Below, one piece after another: positions 60,680 through 64,000 of a DNA stretch of 64,000 bases; positions within the stretch are counted from its first letter, which is position 1, and each line of letters opens with the position of its first letter. Source of the DNA: Ranitomeya imitator (Eukaryota); the NCBI RefSeq assembly GCF_032444005.1, contig NC_091285.1:482360001-482424000 (forward strand). Direction: 5' to 3'. The position numbers and the translations under genes were made by a program. A model generated the notes under the pieces. The model searched no databases and was not told the DNA's origin. It saw only the letters and a list, made by a program, of their open reading frames with translations.

Positions 60680-62640
60680 CATGTACACACAGTGCCCTCT
60701 CACATACCAACTTCTGAGCCGCCCTCACCCCCTGTACACACAGTGCCCCCTCACATACCAACCTCTGAGCCACCACCACCCCTTGTACACACAGTGCCCC
60801 CTCACATAGCAGCCTCTGAGCCACCATCATCCCCTGTACACAGTGCCCCCTCACATACCAGCCTCTGAGCCGCTATCATCCCCTGTACACACAGTGCCCC
60901 CTCACATAGCAGCCTCTGAGCCACCATCATCCCCTGTACACACAGTGCCCCCTCACATACCAGCCTCTGAGCCGCTATCATCCCCTGTACACACAGTGCC
61001 CCCTCACATAGCAGCCTCTGAGCCACCATCATCCCCTGTACACAGTGCCCCCTCACATACCAACCTCTGAGCCACCATCACCCCTTGTACACACAGTGCC
61101 CCCTCACATAGCAGCCTCTGAGCCACCATCATCCCCTGTACATAGTGCCCCCTCACATAGCAGCCTCTGAGCCGCCCTCACCCCCTGTACACACAGTGCC
61201 CCCTCACATACCAACCTCTGAGCCACCATCACCCCTTGTACACACAGTGCCCCCTCACATAGCAGCCTCTGAGCCACCATCATCCCCTGTACACAGTGCC
61301 CCCTCACATAGCAGCCTCTGAGCCGCTATCATCCCCTGTACACACAGTGCCCCCTCACATAGCAGCCTCTGAGCCACCATCATCCCCTGCACACACAGTG
61401 CCCCCTCACATACCAGCCTCTGAGCCGCTATCATCCCCTGTACGCACAGTGCCCACTCACATAGCAGCCTCTGAGCCACCATCATCCCCTATACACGCAG
61501 TGCCCCCTCACATAGCAGCCTCGGAGCCACCATCATCCCCTATACACAGTGCCCCCTCACATACCAGCCTCTGAGCCGCTATCATCCCCTGTACACGCAG
61601 TGCCCCCTCACATAGCAGCCTCTGAGCCACCATCATCCCCTGTACACAGTGCCCCCTCACATAGCAGCCTCTGAGCCACCATCTTCCCCTGTACACAGTG
61701 CCCCCTCACATACCAGCCTCTGAGCCGCTATCATCCCCTGTACACACAGTGCCCCCTCACATAGCAGCCTCTGAGCCACCATCATCCCCTGTACACACAG
61801 TGCCCCCTCACATATCAGCCTCTGTGCCGCCCTCACCCCCTGTACACACAGTGCCCCCTCACATACCAACCTCTGAACCACCATCACCCCTTGTACACAC
61901 AGTGCCCCCTCACATAGCAGCCTCTGAGCCACCATCATCTCCTATACACAGTGCCCCCTCACATAGCAGCCTCTGAGCCACCATCTTCCCCTGTACACAG
62001 TGCCCCCTCACATACCAGCCTCTGAGCCGCTATCACCCCTTGTACACACAGTGCCCCCTCACATAGCAGCCTCTGAGCCACCATCATCTCCTATACACAG
62101 TGCCCCCTCACATAGCAGCCTCTGAGCCACCATCATCCCCTGTACACAGTGCCCCCTCACATAGCAGCCTCTGAGCCACCATCATCCCCTGTACACACAG
62201 TGCCCCCTCACATAGCAGCCTCTGAGCCACCATCATCCCCTGTACACACAGTGCCCCCTCACATACCAGCCTCTGAGCCACCATCATCCCCTGTACACAG
62301 TGCCCCCTCACATAGCAGCCTCTGAGCCACCATCATCCCCTGTACACACAGTGCCCCCTCACATAGCAGCCTCTGAGCCACCATCATCTCCTATACACAG
62401 TGCCCCCTCACATAGCAGCCTCTGAGCCACCATCATCTCCTATACACAGTGCCCCCTCACATAGCAGCCTCTGAGCCACCATCATCCCCTGTACACACAG
62501 TGCCCCCTCACATACCAGCCTTTAAGCTGCCATCATCTCCTGTATCAGCCTCTGAGCCATTATCCCATGTACACAGTGCCCCCTTCATATACCGGCCTCT
62601 GAACCGCCCCCCTCACCCCCTGTACACACAGTGTCCCCTC
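60680..62640. repeat. 49/51-bp minisatellite (GTACACACAGTGCCCCCTCACATAGCAGCCTCTGAGCCACCATCATCCCCT)
   Basis: About 38 copies; unit length varies by a CA indel. Confidence 0.95.
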
Positions 62641-62799
62641 AGATATCAGCTGGGTACACTATCAGGATAGGTTGCTCCACAAATACCACGTGATCTTACC
62701 GTGCGTCCAGACCTTAGGCCTTAAAACAGGGCCGAGAGACTACAACACACGGGTTGTCTTTGTACCTAACGCAGGCCGCACACTAGGTGGCGCTAATAA

Positions 62800-63300
62800 A
62801 ACAAAATATCATCATTTTGAGCGCTCATTTGCTAAGCAACCAAAAACATGGCGGCCGGATCGCTTTGTAGCGACAGCTTTCGAAATGTGAGCTAGTTAGC
62901 AGGTCACGTGAGGAAAAAGAGGGCATGGATGGGCGGAGAATATCCTTGGAAACTCGGTTACCTGAGTAACGTGGGCAAACAGCAGCGGCGGCTGAGGAAG
63001 AAGTGGCGGATCTGGGAGAAGCGCGGGCTCTGAGCTGTAACAATGATGGTGAGGAAGGACATTGTCTGACTGAGGGGTCGTCTGCACTGATGTGTTGTGT
63101 CACGTACTGCAGCACACCGCGCACATACTATCCTGGAGCCCGATACAGACCACAACTACAGGACTGTACAACATGGCTGCACAGCGCCGCCCCGTCCTCC
63201 GGTGATGGCAGGTAGTGCATCTTAGCTTCATTAAAGCGAATGGTCCCGAGATGTAATACCACACACGACCTGTGCGCGGGGGGCAGTAAGCAGCCATGTT
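62800..63300. promoter_or_regulatory. CpG-rich promoter / first-exon region, possibly bidirectional
   Basis: YY1-like AACATGGCGGCC (62845-62856), GGTCACGTGA E-box (62902-62911), GGGCGG GC box (62931); minus-strand donor CAG/GTAACC at 62962/62961; plus-strand donor-like AAT/GTGAGC near 62886 and GATG/GTGAGG near 63048. Confidence 0.6.
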
Positions 63301-63391
63301 GGTGGTAATTTTTGGACACCTTTTTAATATCATATACATGTAGTACTGCAGCACAGCCCTTGTCTATAGGATTTTACCCCCTTCCCTCTAA

Positions 63392-63573
63392 GCCCACGTT
63401 CACACAGTCAGTATTTGGTCAGTATTTTACATCAGTATTTGTAAGCCAAAATCAGGAGGGAACAATCAGAGGAAAAGTGTAATAGAAACATATGCACCAC
63501 TTCTGCATTTATCACCCACTCCTGGTTTTGGCTTAAGGATACTGATGAGACACACTGATGTGTGAGCGCGGCC
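63392..63573. mobile_element. Harbinger-type MITE
   Basis: TAA-GCCCACGTTCACAC...GTGTGAGCGCGGCC-TGA with an internal palindrome. Confidence 0.55.
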
Positions 63574-63774
63574 TGACTCTTGGGCCGGCGCCATGAGCCC
63601 CTTCCACCAGTGCAGGACTTGCCCCAAACACAATGCATTGGATGGTAAGAACTGATTGCTCTGTAGCCGCTCGGTTTTTCTGCTTTTTTGATCAAATCCA
63701 ATGTTTATATTGTTGTAATATTTACTTGTTGCATGTTTTGTTTGGTTTTCTCTGCTGTTAACCCCCAGCCCTAA

Positions 63775-64000
63775 GGCTATGTGCACACGTTGCGGATTGG
63801 GGTGCCGAGTTTTCCGCACAAAATCCACATCTCATGGCAGAAACCGCAGGTGCGGATTTGCCGTGGGTTTTGTGCGGATTTTGTGTGGTTTTCTGCGGTT
63901 TTTACCCCTGCGGATTTCTATAATGGAAGGGTGCAGAAACGCTGCAGTTCCGCACAAAAGAAGTGACATGCTCTTCTTTTCAATCCGCAGTTGATTGAAA
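63775..64000. mobile_element. Harbinger-type MITE cut by the window end
   Basis: TAA-GGCTATGTGCACACGTTGCGGATT start; GCGGATTT repeats. Confidence 0.65.

Noticed and set aside
60594-62670. Many overlapping 60-93 aa ORFs
   Set aside because: Translations of the 49/51-bp minisatellite.
62896-63087. GTG-start ORF in frame with the zinc-finger exon via the 62962 donor
   Set aside because: It has no ATG and a stop lies just upstream; a non-coding first exon is more parsimonious.

Overview
Vertebrate genomic DNA, most likely an anuran frog; this is inferred from TTAA-flanked T2/Kolobok MITEs, a CR1 with a (CTATGTTA)n tail and Neptune-type Penelope-like elements. Most of the window is deeply nested transposable elements: several Tc1/mariner copies (one intact DD34E, one DD37E/TRT), non-autonomous hAT elements carrying minisatellites, Harbinger and Kolobok MITEs, a full-length Gmr1-like Gypsy with PR-IN-RT-RH order, solo LTRs, and CR1/L1 remnants. 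The only clear host gene piece is a minus-strand two-finger C2H2 exon at about 57.7-58.1 kb, with a CpG-rich promoter-like region at about 62.8-63.3 kb. The standout is a 353-bp tandem array (15780-17768) with five type I hammerhead ribozymes, i.e. a retrozyme/satellite-2-like element, inserted into an old Tc1 with a 15-bp target-site duplication and a fold-back inverted arm. Two fold-back insertions in the same window (23391-24112, 26111-28480) share that signature of a 14-bp TSD plus an inverted duplicated arm; the second carries Penelope-type hammerhead motifs. This suggests a common Penelope-type mobilisation mechanism. No rRNA, tRNA or CRISPR array was found. All coordinates and counts were read by eye.
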